This document shows positions 7,139 to 16,433 of a DNA stretch of 24,000 nucleotides, one piece after another (position 1 is the first letter of the stretch; every line of letters starts with the position of its first letter). This DNA is from Candidatus Caldarchaeum sp. (GTDB taxonomy: Archaea > Thermoproteota > Nitrososphaeria_A > Caldarchaeales > Caldarchaeaceae), in the NCBI GenBank assembly GCA_038740895.1, contig JAVYLK010000006.1:1-24000 (forward strand). The letters run 5' to 3'. Both the position numbers and the translations under genes were made by a program. The notes beneath the pieces were generated by a model. That model was not told the DNA's origin, made no database searches, and saw only the letters and a list, made by a program, of their open reading frames with translations.

Positions 7139-9520
7139 ATGGCGGTCTCCAAGCTTTTTGGAGCCCGTGTAAAAAGGCGTGAAGACCCTCGGCTTCTTAC
7201 GGGGATGGGAAAGTTCACGGCAGACCTGAGACCTCCCAACTGTCTCCACGCTGTGTTCGTCAGGAGCAGCAAGGCTCATGCCAAGATCCGCAGGGTAAAC
7301 GTGGACGAGGCTTACCGGGTGGAGGGGGTTGTGAAGGTTTTGACGGGGGCTGATCTGTCTGACGGGCTTGCTCCTATTCCGTGCGCATGGCTCATTCCTA
7401 ACTCGGGTCTCAAAGTCCCACGGTACACCGCTCTAGCGGTTGACAGAGTGAGGTTCGTGGGAGAGCCTTTCGCAGTCGTCGTAGCGGATTCTTACTACGC
7501 AGCCGTTGATGCTGCCCAGCTAGTCTCTCTCGAGTACGGATCGATGGATGCAGTGGTAAACCCTGAGGAAGCCGTGAAGCCAGGAGCTCCGCAGCTGTAC
7601 GACGACATCCCAAACAACACGGCGTTCACATGGCGGGCTTCAGGCGGGGAGATGGATGAGGCGTTTTCCCAAGCAGACCACGTCGTCAAGACCAAGATGG
7701 TGAACAGCAGGCTTCAGCCGACGGCGCTTGAGACACGTGGAGCCGTCGCCGAATACAACAGGCTTACGGGCGAGGCGACCGTTTACATGACTTCGCAGAA
7801 CCCCCATGTTCACAGGCTTCTCCTCTCCATCATCACCGGCATTCCGGAGTCGAAGCTTAGGGTCGTAGCTCCTGACGTGGGCGGAGGGTTCGGAAGCAAG
7901 ATTCAGTGCTACCCTGCCGAGGCTGTTGTGCTGCATCTCGCCAGAATGACGGGAAGACCCGTGAAGTGGGTAGAGACAAGGGAGGAGAACCTAAAGTCAA
8001 CCATACACGGCAGGGACCATGTCCAGTACGTCGAGGCAGCAGCTACGAAGAACGGCGAGGTTCTCGGGCTCAGGGTGAAGTCTTACGCCAACCTGGGGGC
8101 CTACCTATCGACAGCAGCCCCCGGAGTACCCACGATTCTTTTCGGAACGATGCTCAGCGGCCCCTACCGAATTAAGGCCGTCTCAGCCGAGGTCGTCGGC
8201 GTTCTGACGAACACGGCCCCCGTCGACGCATACAGGGGTGCCGGCAGGCCTGAGGCCACCTACTTGCTCGAGCGTGTCATGGACCTAGTTGCGAGAAGAG
8301 TCGGGCTCGACCCGGCTGAAGTGCGTTCACGCAACTTCATACCTTCGAACATGTTTCCTTACACAGCCCATCCAGCTGGGCTGACGTACGACAGCGGAGA
8401 CTACCACAAGGCGTTTAATCGAGCTTTGGAGCTGGCGGATTACTGGAATATGAGAAGGAGGCAGGCGGAGCTTAGGAGTAAAGGCAGGCTAGTTGGGTTG
8501 GGTATTTCAAGCTACGTTGAGATATGCGGGCTTGGACCCTCTTCCGTCGCCAGGGGGACCGGGTTCGGGCTCGGCCTCTGGGAGAGTGCAGTTGTGAGGG
8601 TGCATCCGACTGGGAAGGTTAAGGTTTACACGGGGGCAAGCCCCCACGGACAGGGCGAGGAGACGACGCTGGCTCAAGTCGTAGCCGACCAGCTTCAGAT
8701 ACCTTTTGAAGACGTCGAGATAATCCACGGGGACACCGAGATGACTCCATTCGGTCTCGGAACTTACGGCAGCAGGACGACGCCCGTGGCGGGCGGAGCC
8801 ATAGCTACGGCGTGCCATAAAATCCTGTCGAAGGCGAAGAAGGTGGCGGCCCACATGCTGGAGGCGAGGGAGGAGGACATCGAGTACGAGAGCGGCAGGT
8901 TTTACGTCAAGGATGCGCAGGACAGAGCGAAATCGTTTGCGGAGGTGGCCTACGCATGCTACGCAGCAGGTTCGAACGAGCTTCCGAGCGGGCTTGAGCC
9001 GGGGCTGGAGGCCAGCGTGTTCTACGACCCGCCCAACTTCACTTTCCCGTTCGGAACTCATGTCTGTCTCACGGAGGTCGACCCTGAGACGGGCAGAGTC
9101 TCAATCTTGAAGTATGTTGCAGTTGATGACTGCGGAAGAAGGATAAACCCGATGATAGTCGAGGGCCAGATACACGGAGGAATAGCTCAGGGAGTTGCTC
9201 AAGCTCTGTACGAGGAGGCTGTGTACGACACGGCGGGAAACCTGCTCACAGCCAGCTTGAACGACTACCTCGTCCCCTCAGCCTGTGAAGTACCCAGCAT
9301 CATCTCCGACGAAACCATCACACCATCGCCGTCAAACCCTCTCGGCGTGAAAGGGGTAGGGGAGACGGGAACCATCGCTTCAACTCCAGCCGTCGTCAAC
9401 TCGGTGGTCGACGCCCTGTCGCATTTAGGCGTCCTCCACATAGACATGCCGCTGACGCATGAGAAGGTGCTGAATGCTTTGAACCCTAGACGGCATCACA
9501 GCGGGCCCGGTGGGACTTGA
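7139..9520 (+). CDS. Xanthine dehydrogenase / CO dehydrogenase family molybdopterin-binding large subunit, form II (AYRGAGR)
   Basis: 793 aa; DAYRGAGRPEATY form II motif, SPHGQGEETTLAQ, GVKGVGETGTIAST C-terminal catalytic-Glu motif. Confidence 0.92.
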   Translation: MAVSKLFGARVKRREDPRLLTGMGKFTADLRPPNCLHAVFVRSSKAHAKIRRVNVDEAYRVEGVVKVLTGADLSDGLAPIPCAWLIPNSGLKVPRYTALAVDRVRFVGEPFAVVVADSYYAAVDAAQLVSLEYGSMDAVVNPEEAVKPGAPQLYDDIPNNTAFTWRASGGEMDEAFSQADHVVKTKMVNSRLQPTALETRGAVAEYNRLTGEATVYMTSQNPHVHRLLLSIITGIPESKLRVVAPDVGGGFGSKIQCYPAEAVVLHLARMTGRPVKWVETREENLKSTIHGRDHVQYVEAAATKNGEVLGLRVKSYANLGAYLSTAAPGVPTILFGTMLSGPYRIKAVSAEVVGVLTNTAPVDAYRGAGRPEATYLLERVMDLVARRVGLDPAEVRSRNFIPSNMFPYTAHPAGLTYDSGDYHKAFNRALELADYWNMRRRQAELRSKGRLVGLGISSYVEICGLGPSSVARGTGFGLGLWESAVVRVHPTGKVKVYTGASPHGQGEETTLAQVVADQLQIPFEDVEIIHGDTEMTPFGLGTYGSRTTPVAGGAIATACHKILSKAKKVAAHMLEAREEDIEYESGRFYVKDAQDRAKSFAEVAYACYAAGSNELPSGLEPGLEASVFYDPPNFTFPFGTHVCLTEVDPETGRVSILKYVAVDDCGRRINPMIVEGQIHGGIAQGVAQALYEEAVYDTAGNLLTASLNDYLVPSACEVPSIISDETITPSPSNPLGVKGVGETGTIASTPAVVNSVVDALSHLGVLHIDMPLTHEKVLNALNPRRHHSGPGGT

Positions 9521-9604
9521 ACCCACGGCCTCCGGCTCCGCAGGCCGGCGCTGTAGGAACAGGTGCTGACCAAGTTCTCTCTATCCATTCTGAGCTACGG
9601 GCCC
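9502..9604 (-). tRNA. tRNA-Arg (GCG) with D-stem intron (approx. 9551..9578, position 24/25)
   Basis: Minus strand: GGGCCCG TA GCTC AGAATGGATA GAG [AGAACTTGGTCAGCACCTGTTCCTACAG] CG CCGGC CTGCGGA GCCGG AGGCC GTGGG TTCAAGT CCCAC CGGGCCC G. Mature 75 nt. Confidence 0.9.
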
Positions 9605-9730
9605 GTATGTAGGAATCTGCTCCGGTTTATAAATCATTAAAGAGCCGGCTTCTCAGCGAGGCAGGATGAAGATCCCTGTTGAGCAGGCCGGAAGCACGCC
9701 CGCAGACCCTTCGAGACTCGGGCATTTGTC

Positions 9731-10510
9731 TTATCTGTAGGCCCAGCCGACGAGGCTTTTCTCAAGCAGCGCGAAGACGAGGAAAAGGCTTATCCCTAAG
9801 AAGGATATGACCAGCAGGCCTGCGAAGACCAGCGGGACGTCAAACCTTGAGCTGGCCGCTATCATCAAGTATCCAGTGCCTTCGTTGCTCGCAACGGTTT
9901 CGGATATGACTGCGCCCACGAACGCCAGCGTCGAAGCTACCTTGAGAGAGCCGAAGAAGTAGGGCAGGGAACGCGGTATGCCTATTTTGACGAATATCTG
10001 GCTCTTCGACGCTCCTAGCGAACGGAGGACGTCCCTTATCTCTGGCTCGATTGTCGCTAAAGCGATGGCCACGTTGACAACAATCGGGAAGAAAGAGATG
10101 AGGAAAGCTGTTAGTATGGCCGGCACCTTGCCGACGCCGAGCCATATTACTAGGATGGGGACTATCGCCACCTTCGGAATCGTGTTGAAAGCTACTAGTA
10201 GTGGGTAGACAGCCCGGTAGACCACGATTGAGTATCCGACGGCTAGGCCGAGGCCGAGGCCGAAGACTATCGACATGCCGAAGCCTATCAAGGTTGCTTC
10301 GAGCGTGGCGTACGAGTGCTTGATGATTATGTCGAGGTTTTTTTCAAGCGAGTAGATCACCCTCGTGGGGGGTGGTAGGATGAACTCCGGTATGTTGAGG
10401 GCAATAGTGACAGCTTCCCAGCCGACGAAAAACCCGACGAAGACAAGCACTGGGAGACCATATTCCTTGAGGGCAGAAGACACAAGCGACGAGACCGGCT
10501 GCTTAGCCAT
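9731..10510 (-). CDS. ABC transporter permease, NitT/TauT (SsuC/TauC) family
   Basis: 259 aa; YSHATLEATLIGFGMSIVFG..., AFNTIPKVAIVPILVIWLGVGKVPAILTAFLISFFPIVVNV EAA-type motif. Confidence 0.9.
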   Translation of the reverse strand: MAKQPVSSLVSSALKEYGLPVLVFVGFFVGWEAVTIALNIPEFILPPPTRVIYSLEKNLDIIIKHSYATLEATLIGFGMSIVFGLGLGLAVGYSIVVYRAVYPLLVAFNTIPKVAIVPILVIWLGVGKVPAILTAFLISFFPIVVNVAIALATIEPEIRDVLRSLGASKSQIFVKIGIPRSLPYFFGSLKVASTLAFVGAVISETVASNEGTGYLMIAASSRFDVPLVFAGLLVISFLGISLFLVFALLEKSLVGWAYR

Positions 10511-11296
10511 TCACTTCACCTGTATCATTTCCCTGAGGCTGTGAGTCATGTTCACAAACCTCTCCTCGTAGCATATGTCTAGCTCCCGAGGTCTTTCGAA
10601 CCTAGGCTCAACCACGCCGATGATTTTACCAGGTCTCCTGCTCATGACGTACACCTTGTCCGACAGGTAGAGGGACTCCCTGAGGTCGTGGGTGACCATC
10701 ACGACCGTGCATCTTGTCCGGAGCCATAGGCTCTGAAGAACGTTCCAGAGCTCTTCACGGGTAAACAGGTCGAGGGCGCCGAACGGCTCGTCGAGCAGGA
10801 GTATTGCTGGGTCGTGGATTAGCGCTCTGCAGAGCGAGACCCGCTGCTGCATCCCGCCAGATAGCTCCCACGGCTTTCTTTCTGAGAACCCTTCCAGCCC
10901 TACGGTCTTGAGCAGGTTTAGAGCCTTCTCAACGTATTCTTTTTTCTTGTCGTTAAACCTGGACTTGTGGGGTTCGACGACCTCGAGAGGAAGCAGCACG
11001 TTCTGGAGCACTGTTCTCCAAGGGAGCAGCACAGGGTTTTGGAAAGCCATGCCAACGATCGAGAGCGGCTTCTCGACGAGGTTGTTGTTGACGTAAACTC
11101 CACCCTCGGTGGGCTTGATCAAGCCTGCTATGAGCTTCAACACGGTCGTCTTCCCACAGCCGCTGGGCCCGACGATGGAGGTGAAGCTGCCCTCCTCCAC
11201 ACGGAGGCTTACTTTCTCAAGAGCCTTGACCGAGACGAAGGTCCTAAACCCCGACTTCGAGAGATACTCCAGAGAGACGTTCTTTAACTCTATCAA
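10511..11296 (-). CDS. ABC transporter ATP-binding protein, NitT/TauT (SsuB) family
   Basis: 261 aa; Walker A GPSGCGKTT, signature LSGGMQQRVSL, Walker B ILLLDEPFGALD. Confidence 0.95.
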   Translation of the reverse strand: MIELKNVSLEYLSKSGFRTFVSVKALEKVSLRVEEGSFTSIVGPSGCGKTTVLKLIAGLIKPTEGGVYVNNNLVEKPLSIVGMAFQNPVLLPWRTVLQNVLLPLEVVEPHKSRFNDKKKEYVEKALNLLKTVGLEGFSERKPWELSGGMQQRVSLCRALIHDPAILLLDEPFGALDLFTREELWNVLQSLWLRTRCTVVMVTHDLRESLYLSDKVYVMSRRPGKIIGVVEPRFERPRELDICYEERFVNMTHSLREMIQVK

Positions 11297-11323
11297 GCCG
11301 ACATCATAAAAATAGGGAGGTTT

Positions 11324-12370
11324 TTAAATGGTTCTCTGTTCCTTGGGCGGCAGGAACCTGTCGGTGAACACTTCGTCCGGCGAGGGCGTCCTAGGCAGGT
11401 TGAAAGCCTCGACCACTGATTTGATCGTCCTCTCCAGCCTGGCCCTGTCAACAGCTCCCAGCCCGTTCCTACGAACCTCCTCCGTCACGATGTTGTCCTT
11501 CAACGCCAGCTTGAGCCTCTCGAGCTCGACGTTCCTGTCAACCGTCGGGTCTTTCCGCTTGACAAAGTCGGCTCCAACGTCCGGGTTTGCTATCACTTCT
11601 TTCAACGCCTTGTTGAAAGCCCTGATGAACCCAGCGACTGCTTCGGGGTTGGACTGGATGAAGTCCTTCCGAGCGACGATGGCGTTGCCGTAAAGCTCGA
11701 CGCCGAAGTCGGTGTACTTGAAAGCCGTTATTCTGTCAGGGTCGACTTTCAGGGCTACAAGGTTGAGGTAGCCTGTGTAGTAGAAGCCGGTGATGGCGTC
11801 AACCTCTCCCTGTACGAGCGAAGGCTCCCTGAGAGCTGGCGACATGCTGACCCACTGCACTTTGGAGGCATCTATGCCCGTTGCCTTGGCGAACACGGGG
11901 AACAGCCTTCGCGGAGCATCTCCTTCGGGAGCGCCTATCTTCTTCCCTTCAAGGGCCTTGGGGTTCGTTATGCCTTTGTCCTTTAGAGTTATCACCGAGT
12001 AGGGTGGGTTGTTGAGAACCATGTAGACGGCGACAAGCTCCTGCCCGGGGTTTTTGACGTTGAACTCTATCAAGGCGTCGATGCTGCCGTACCCCATCTG
12101 GTAAGCCCCTGAAGCAACCTTGGTAATTGTGTCGGCTGAGCCGTAGCCTCTGTCCATGATGACCGCCAACCCCTCTTCGACGAAGTAGCCCTTCTCCAGA
12201 GCAACGATGAAAGGCGCCTGAGGCCCTTGCACAGCCCAGTCGAGCACGAACTTCACGGAGACTATTCTAGGGGCTTGAGTCGGCATAACGACGGGGCTCA
12301 GGAAAATTCCAGCAACCAACCCGACAACTAGGAAGACGCCGGCTGTGGCCAAAAGTTTTCCCGACACCAT
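11324..12370 (-). CDS. ABC transporter substrate-binding protein, NMT1/THI5-like
   Basis: 348 aa; N-terminal hydrophobic anchor then VKFVLDWAVQGPQAPFIVALEKGYFVEEGLAV..., IGAPEGDAPRRLFPVFA typical of THI5-like periplasmic binding proteins. Confidence 0.88.
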   Translation of the reverse strand: MVSGKLLATAGVFLVVGLVAGIFLSPVVMPTQAPRIVSVKFVLDWAVQGPQAPFIVALEKGYFVEEGLAVIMDRGYGSADTITKVASGAYQMGYGSIDALIEFNVKNPGQELVAVYMVLNNPPYSVITLKDKGITNPKALEGKKIGAPEGDAPRRLFPVFAKATGIDASKVQWVSMSPALREPSLVQGEVDAITGFYYTGYLNLVALKVDPDRITAFKYTDFGVELYGNAIVARKDFIQSNPEAVAGFIRAFNKALKEVIANPDVGADFVKRKDPTVDRNVELERLKLALKDNIVTEEVRRNGLGAVDRARLERTIKSVVEAFNLPRTPSPDEVFTDRFLPPKEQRTI

Positions 12371-12406
12371 GCAAATAAACGTGTTCTTGAGGGTTATTAA
12401 ATATTT

Positions 12407-12760
12407 CTAGAAGCTGACCACGTAGTATCCTTTCTCGGCGGCTTCAACCACCACTGTAGTCGAGTCGTCTGCGATTACTAGGTTTCTGTCGATTTTATCA
12501 TCTAGGTTGTAGGCCTTGAGGTTTCCTGCGCAGGCCGCCACATATGCCCGGGCCTCGTTCAAGGCTGTTAGATAGTCTTTGACCAGCTTGTAGTGGGGGT
12601 TATGCGGGTCGAGTAGATGGACGCCGGGGCCTAGGAATAGCATTCTGACCTCTGCCATCCTCTCCCTCGCCATGTTTCTTGCGATGCGTAAACCCTGCCT
12701 AGCCTTATCAATCTCCTCGGGGCCTGAGAGAATTATGAACAGAACTTTCAAGCCGGCCAA
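12407..12760 (-). CDS. DsrE/DsrF-like family protein
   Basis: 117 aa; KVLFIILSGPEEIDKARQGLRIARNMARERMAEVRMLFLGPGVHLL with conserved-like Cys in YVAACAGNLKAYNL. Confidence 0.65.
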   Translation of the reverse strand: MAGLKVLFIILSGPEEIDKARQGLRIARNMARERMAEVRMLFLGPGVHLLDPHNPHYKLVKDYLTALNEARAYVAACAGNLKAYNLDDKIDRNLVIADDSTTVVVEAAEKGYYVVSF

Positions 12761-12763
12761 TTT

Positions 12764-15733
12764 CTATGACCTCGAGACGTAAACCGCTGGCTTGAGCGGA
12801 ATGGATTGGGAGGCTTTCAAGGCCTCGGCTGTGCCCGACGCATCATCCTCGTTGAGCACGACGACGTCTACACGAATCTCCTGCTTGATTAGCTCGGCAG
12901 CCTGAACCCATATGTTTTCCTCAACCCTGAGAAGCTTAGCCAAAGCTTCCTTCCGGTCCCCAGCCCCCAAGACTTTAGAGTATTCTCCGCACAGGTCTTC
13001 GACAGCCTTCAGCCTCTCCACAACTCTCGTCATGAGACGCTGGGCAACAGCCAGCTTATCACGGTGATGCTCCTTGAGCCATCCAAATGCATCGCTTGGC
13101 GAGGACCTTAGCAGGCGCTCAGCGAGACTAACCTTCCAGCCTGCGGCCTTAAAGATCTTTATCACAGCAGGCTTCCCCTTGACCACCTTCAGTATCTCCC
13201 TAACGTCGGCCATCAGCTCTCTCAGAACATCTTCGTGGACGAGTGAGAAAACACTGTCCTCGTCTACTCCTGTTTCTGGCCATCGGTGTGTTGACGCATA
13301 CCCCTCCCCACGTAGATTTCGCCAAGCCTCCTCCGCTGCGAAGGGTGCGAAGGGTGAGAGCAGTAGTGTCCAGACCTTGACGAACTTCTTCCCTGCTTCG
13401 TTTATTCTGCCGTTGTTTCTCCGGAGCCACCACCTCCATATGTTGAGCATGCCGTAGACAGCCTCGTTGCAAGCCGTTCTTGTCTTCATCTTTTCCAAGG
13501 CGTTCTCGACATTCTTCAGCACCATGCTCGTCGACACGCTGAGCCATTTGTCCGCAGGCCCCTCCCGGGCTTCAACATCCTGCTTGCACCTGTCAACTAT
13601 CGACAGGAAGTTTTGGATGAACTGTTCAGCCTCCTCAACGTTCTTCAAACGCCAGTCGGGGTCGTCCAGCTCTTCAGCTCCCAGCAGCAAGGCCAGGCGG
13701 GTTGCGTCTGCGCCGTGTCTCATGACAGCCGTCTTCAAGGTAATGAAGTTCCCCCTACTCTTCGACATCTTCTCGCCCTCGACCGAGACCATGCCGTTAA
13801 CGCTGATGCTCCGGGGCCAGTGTCTTCTCTCGAATATCCCGGCGTGGTGGAATAGGTAGAAGGTAAGGTGGTTAGGGACTAGGTCTTTGCCTGAAACGCG
13901 AAGGTCGACGCCGTACCAGTATGTGAATTCGTCCCTCATTTTCTTTAGCAGGTTTAGGTCGATGCCGTGTCTTTCGGCTATCTGGGCTGGGTCTCCTTCT
14001 CCTAGAAAGACGTAGTCGAGGACTTCAGGCGTGATTCTCGAAGCTACTTCGCGATGCTTGTTGAGTATGCTGCTTACTGTGTACAGAGCCGGGTAGATGG
14101 TTGAGTCGCTCAGCGTCTCGATCTTCCACGAGGGGTCCCATGGAAGCGGAGTTCCCAATCCTGTCTTGCGTGTGCAGGCCCAGTCCTTGAGCCAGTCTAC
14201 GACGTTGAAGAACCATGTCCTGACGGCTTCGGGGTATATCCCCATCTCGGCTAGGTGAGTCCTGACCTTCTCCTTCCATTCACGGTTTGAAAACTTGAGA
14301 AACCACTGGTCTTCCACGATCTTGACTATGCACTCGTCCCCAGACCTGCAAACCACCTTTCCAGACAGGTCGTAGAAGAGCTGCCCCCTACCCTCTGTCA
14401 TGAGTTTCTGCTGTACTTCCTTCCTAGCCTGCGAGACTGGAAGACCTTTGTACTCCCCAGCGTACATCACACCTGTGTGGAATTCTTTCGAGTAAATCTC
14501 CCTAGTTGCTTCATCCAGCCTCTCGTCAAGCTGGCTAGTTATCTTCATCTTCTCCACGATCTCGACGGCTGGAAACTCTCCGTAGCCCTCAACCGACACC
14601 ACCTTGACAGGCTTCAAGCTGTCTAGGCATGAAGGGTTCAAACCGTACTGCGAAAGAGCTTGGGGGGCTTGAGCCAGTTCTCGAAGTGCTACGTAGTCGT
14701 AGGGGGCGTGGGCGGGGACGCTGTAGACAACTCCCGTGCCCATGGACGGGTCTACGAACGGAGCTGGGAGTATGACCATCTCCCTGCCTGTTAGAGGAGC
14801 CCTAGCGTATCTCCCAATAAGCTGCCGGGCTGAAACCGTGTCGACTACCGAGACATCCTGCCACTGCTCCACGAACTTGTTGAAAGCCTCTCGGCTAACC
14901 AGAAACCTCACCCCGTTCTTTTCAAACACTTGATAGACTGCGTCGGGGTTGACCCAGAGGTTTGTAGCTCCGTACAGCGTCTCAGGCCTTAGCGTTGCAG
15001 CGACTATGTTCACGCCGTCCATGTCGAAAAACACTAGAGTAAACTCCTCAGGGTAAATCCCCTCCCCACGCAGCCGGTCGTGGTCTCCCGTTGCGCTCTG
15101 GCATCTTGGACACCAGACGACGGGGTGGCGGCCCTTGGAGACAAGACCTTTTCTTGATAAAACGCTGTACTGCCAGTTGATGAAGTTGCTGTAGTATGGG
15201 TGGAGGCTCGTTGTGTAGAATTCTCTCGTCCAGTCGACCGACCATCCTATAGCGTCGACCACTTGCCTGTTCTCGGCTGTGTAGTAGGCGCATATGAACT
15301 CGGGGTTCTCAAAGTATTCGAGAAGGTCTTCACGAACACCGTCGATCTCTACTAGCATTTTTCTTATGGCTTGGTCTCCTCGCCGCAGCCGCTCGCTCGT
15401 CCCAGCCACCGCCTCTCCCGTCCAGTGCCACGCCCACGGAAAAAGGACGTTGTACCCCTTCATCCGCTTATAACGGGCTATCACATCGCCCCGAGTGAAG
15501 GTGAAGCCGTGGCCTAGGTGGAGTGGGCCGTTTTGGTAGGAGTAGGGGACGCAGATGAAGAATTTAGGCCTAGAATTATCAGGCTCGGCTTCGAAGAGTC
15601 TAGCAGCCTTCCACTCGGCCGACCAGCTTGCTTCGTAAGCTTTCGACGAAGCAATCCTAGACCTAGCTCCAAGCATGAAGCCTAGGCTAACTAACTCCTC
15701 AGGCCTGCGCGTCAACCTGTCTCCGAATGACAA
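12764..15733 (-). CDS. leuS: Leucyl-tRNA synthetase, archaeal type
   Basis: 989 aa; HIGH-like YQNGPLHLGHGFTFTRGDV, KMSKS VEGEKMSKSRGN, editing domain and anticodon-binding region. Confidence 0.96.
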   Translation of the reverse strand: MSFGDRLTRRPEELVSLGFMLGARSRIASSKAYEASWSAEWKAARLFEAEPDNSRPKFFICVPYSYQNGPLHLGHGFTFTRGDVIARYKRMKGYNVLFPWAWHWTGEAVAGTSERLRRGDQAIRKMLVEIDGVREDLLEYFENPEFICAYYTAENRQVVDAIGWSVDWTREFYTTSLHPYYSNFINWQYSVLSRKGLVSKGRHPVVWCPRCQSATGDHDRLRGEGIYPEEFTLVFFDMDGVNIVAATLRPETLYGATNLWVNPDAVYQVFEKNGVRFLVSREAFNKFVEQWQDVSVVDTVSARQLIGRYARAPLTGREMVILPAPFVDPSMGTGVVYSVPAHAPYDYVALRELAQAPQALSQYGLNPSCLDSLKPVKVVSVEGYGEFPAVEIVEKMKITSQLDERLDEATREIYSKEFHTGVMYAGEYKGLPVSQARKEVQQKLMTEGRGQLFYDLSGKVVCRSGDECIVKIVEDQWFLKFSNREWKEKVRTHLAEMGIYPEAVRTWFFNVVDWLKDWACTRKTGLGTPLPWDPSWKIETLSDSTIYPALYTVSSILNKHREVASRITPEVLDYVFLGEGDPAQIAERHGIDLNLLKKMRDEFTYWYGVDLRVSGKDLVPNHLTFYLFHHAGIFERRHWPRSISVNGMVSVEGEKMSKSRGNFITLKTAVMRHGADATRLALLLGAEELDDPDWRLKNVEEAEQFIQNFLSIVDRCKQDVEAREGPADKWLSVSTSMVLKNVENALEKMKTRTACNEAVYGMLNIWRWWLRRNNGRINEAGKKFVKVWTLLLSPFAPFAAEEAWRNLRGEGYASTHRWPETGVDEDSVFSLVHEDVLRELMADVREILKVVKGKPAVIKIFKAAGWKVSLAERLLRSSPSDAFGWLKEHHRDKLAVAQRLMTRVVERLKAVEDLCGEYSKVLGAGDRKEALAKLLRVEENIWVQAAELIKQEIRVDVVVLNEDDASGTAEALKASQSIPLKPAVYVSRS

Positions 15734-15745
15734 ATGGTGGTTAAT

Positions 15746-16324
15746 TTATGTTATGAACTGCCCTCCCTCGACGTCCGGCATCTCTCTCTTCAGACGCTGC
15801 GCCGCTATCTCCGAAGCCTCCTTGAGAATAGCTTCAGCCTCCGGGTCGGAGACGCTGTACCCAGTAACTGTGTCAGACACAGTTCCCACGCTGACTGAAA
15901 GGTCGTCTAGAAGGTCTTGGACTCCTCTAAGACCGTGGGATATCTCGGGCATCACGCCTCCGACGTCTTTCTGTACAGCCATGACCACTGCGGCTACAGG
16001 TCCGATTACCTTCTTCACCTCGTTGTAGTCTTTGACGGCTTCAAGCCTAAGTACAACTCCCTCGAGGGAGGCTTGGCTTCTTACGGTGGCGTGCATCATC
16101 TTCCTCAGCTGGGCCAGCTCATTGGCGTAGACGGCGGCTCTCTCGTTGTCCTTCTCCATCTTGGCCCGGACTACTTGGTTGAATATCTCCCTACCCCTCA
16201 TCTGCATCGAGCGTGCTTTAGAGTCCATCCTGTTCTGGATAGTCATAAGCCTAGTTATGATCTCGGTCATCTTCTCATCGAACGGCGGCTTTGGCGGTTG
16301 TTTTTTGCGGAAGAATCTTAGCAT
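15746..16324 (-). CDS. ESCRT-III/Snf7-like cell division protein, CdvB paralogue
   Basis: 192 aa; basic alpha1-like segment and helical core: MTEIITRLMTIQNRMDSKARSMQMRGREIFNQVVRAKMEKDNERAAVYANELAQLRKM... plus acidic C-terminal region. Confidence 0.85.
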   Translation of the reverse strand: MLRFFRKKQPPKPPFDEKMTEIITRLMTIQNRMDSKARSMQMRGREIFNQVVRAKMEKDNERAAVYANELAQLRKMMHATVRSQASLEGVVLRLEAVKDYNEVKKVIGPVAAVVMAVQKDVGGVMPEISHGLRGVQDLLDDLSVSVGTVSDTVTGYSVSDPEAEAILKEASEIAAQRLKREMPDVEGGQFIT

Positions 16325-16433
16325 CTGTCTCGGCGTACGCCCCGGCTGATGAGTAAAAAGGTTATCGTGAGCATCTTGGATTGATGTTGTGCGGGTATTA
16401 TCCCGGAATGTTCTCGAAAAATAAGAATGGGGT

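Noticed and set aside
8507-9061. 184-aa minus-strand ORF
   Set aside because: Shadow ORF antisense to the coxL-like gene with Arg/His-rich composition and no recognisable motif.
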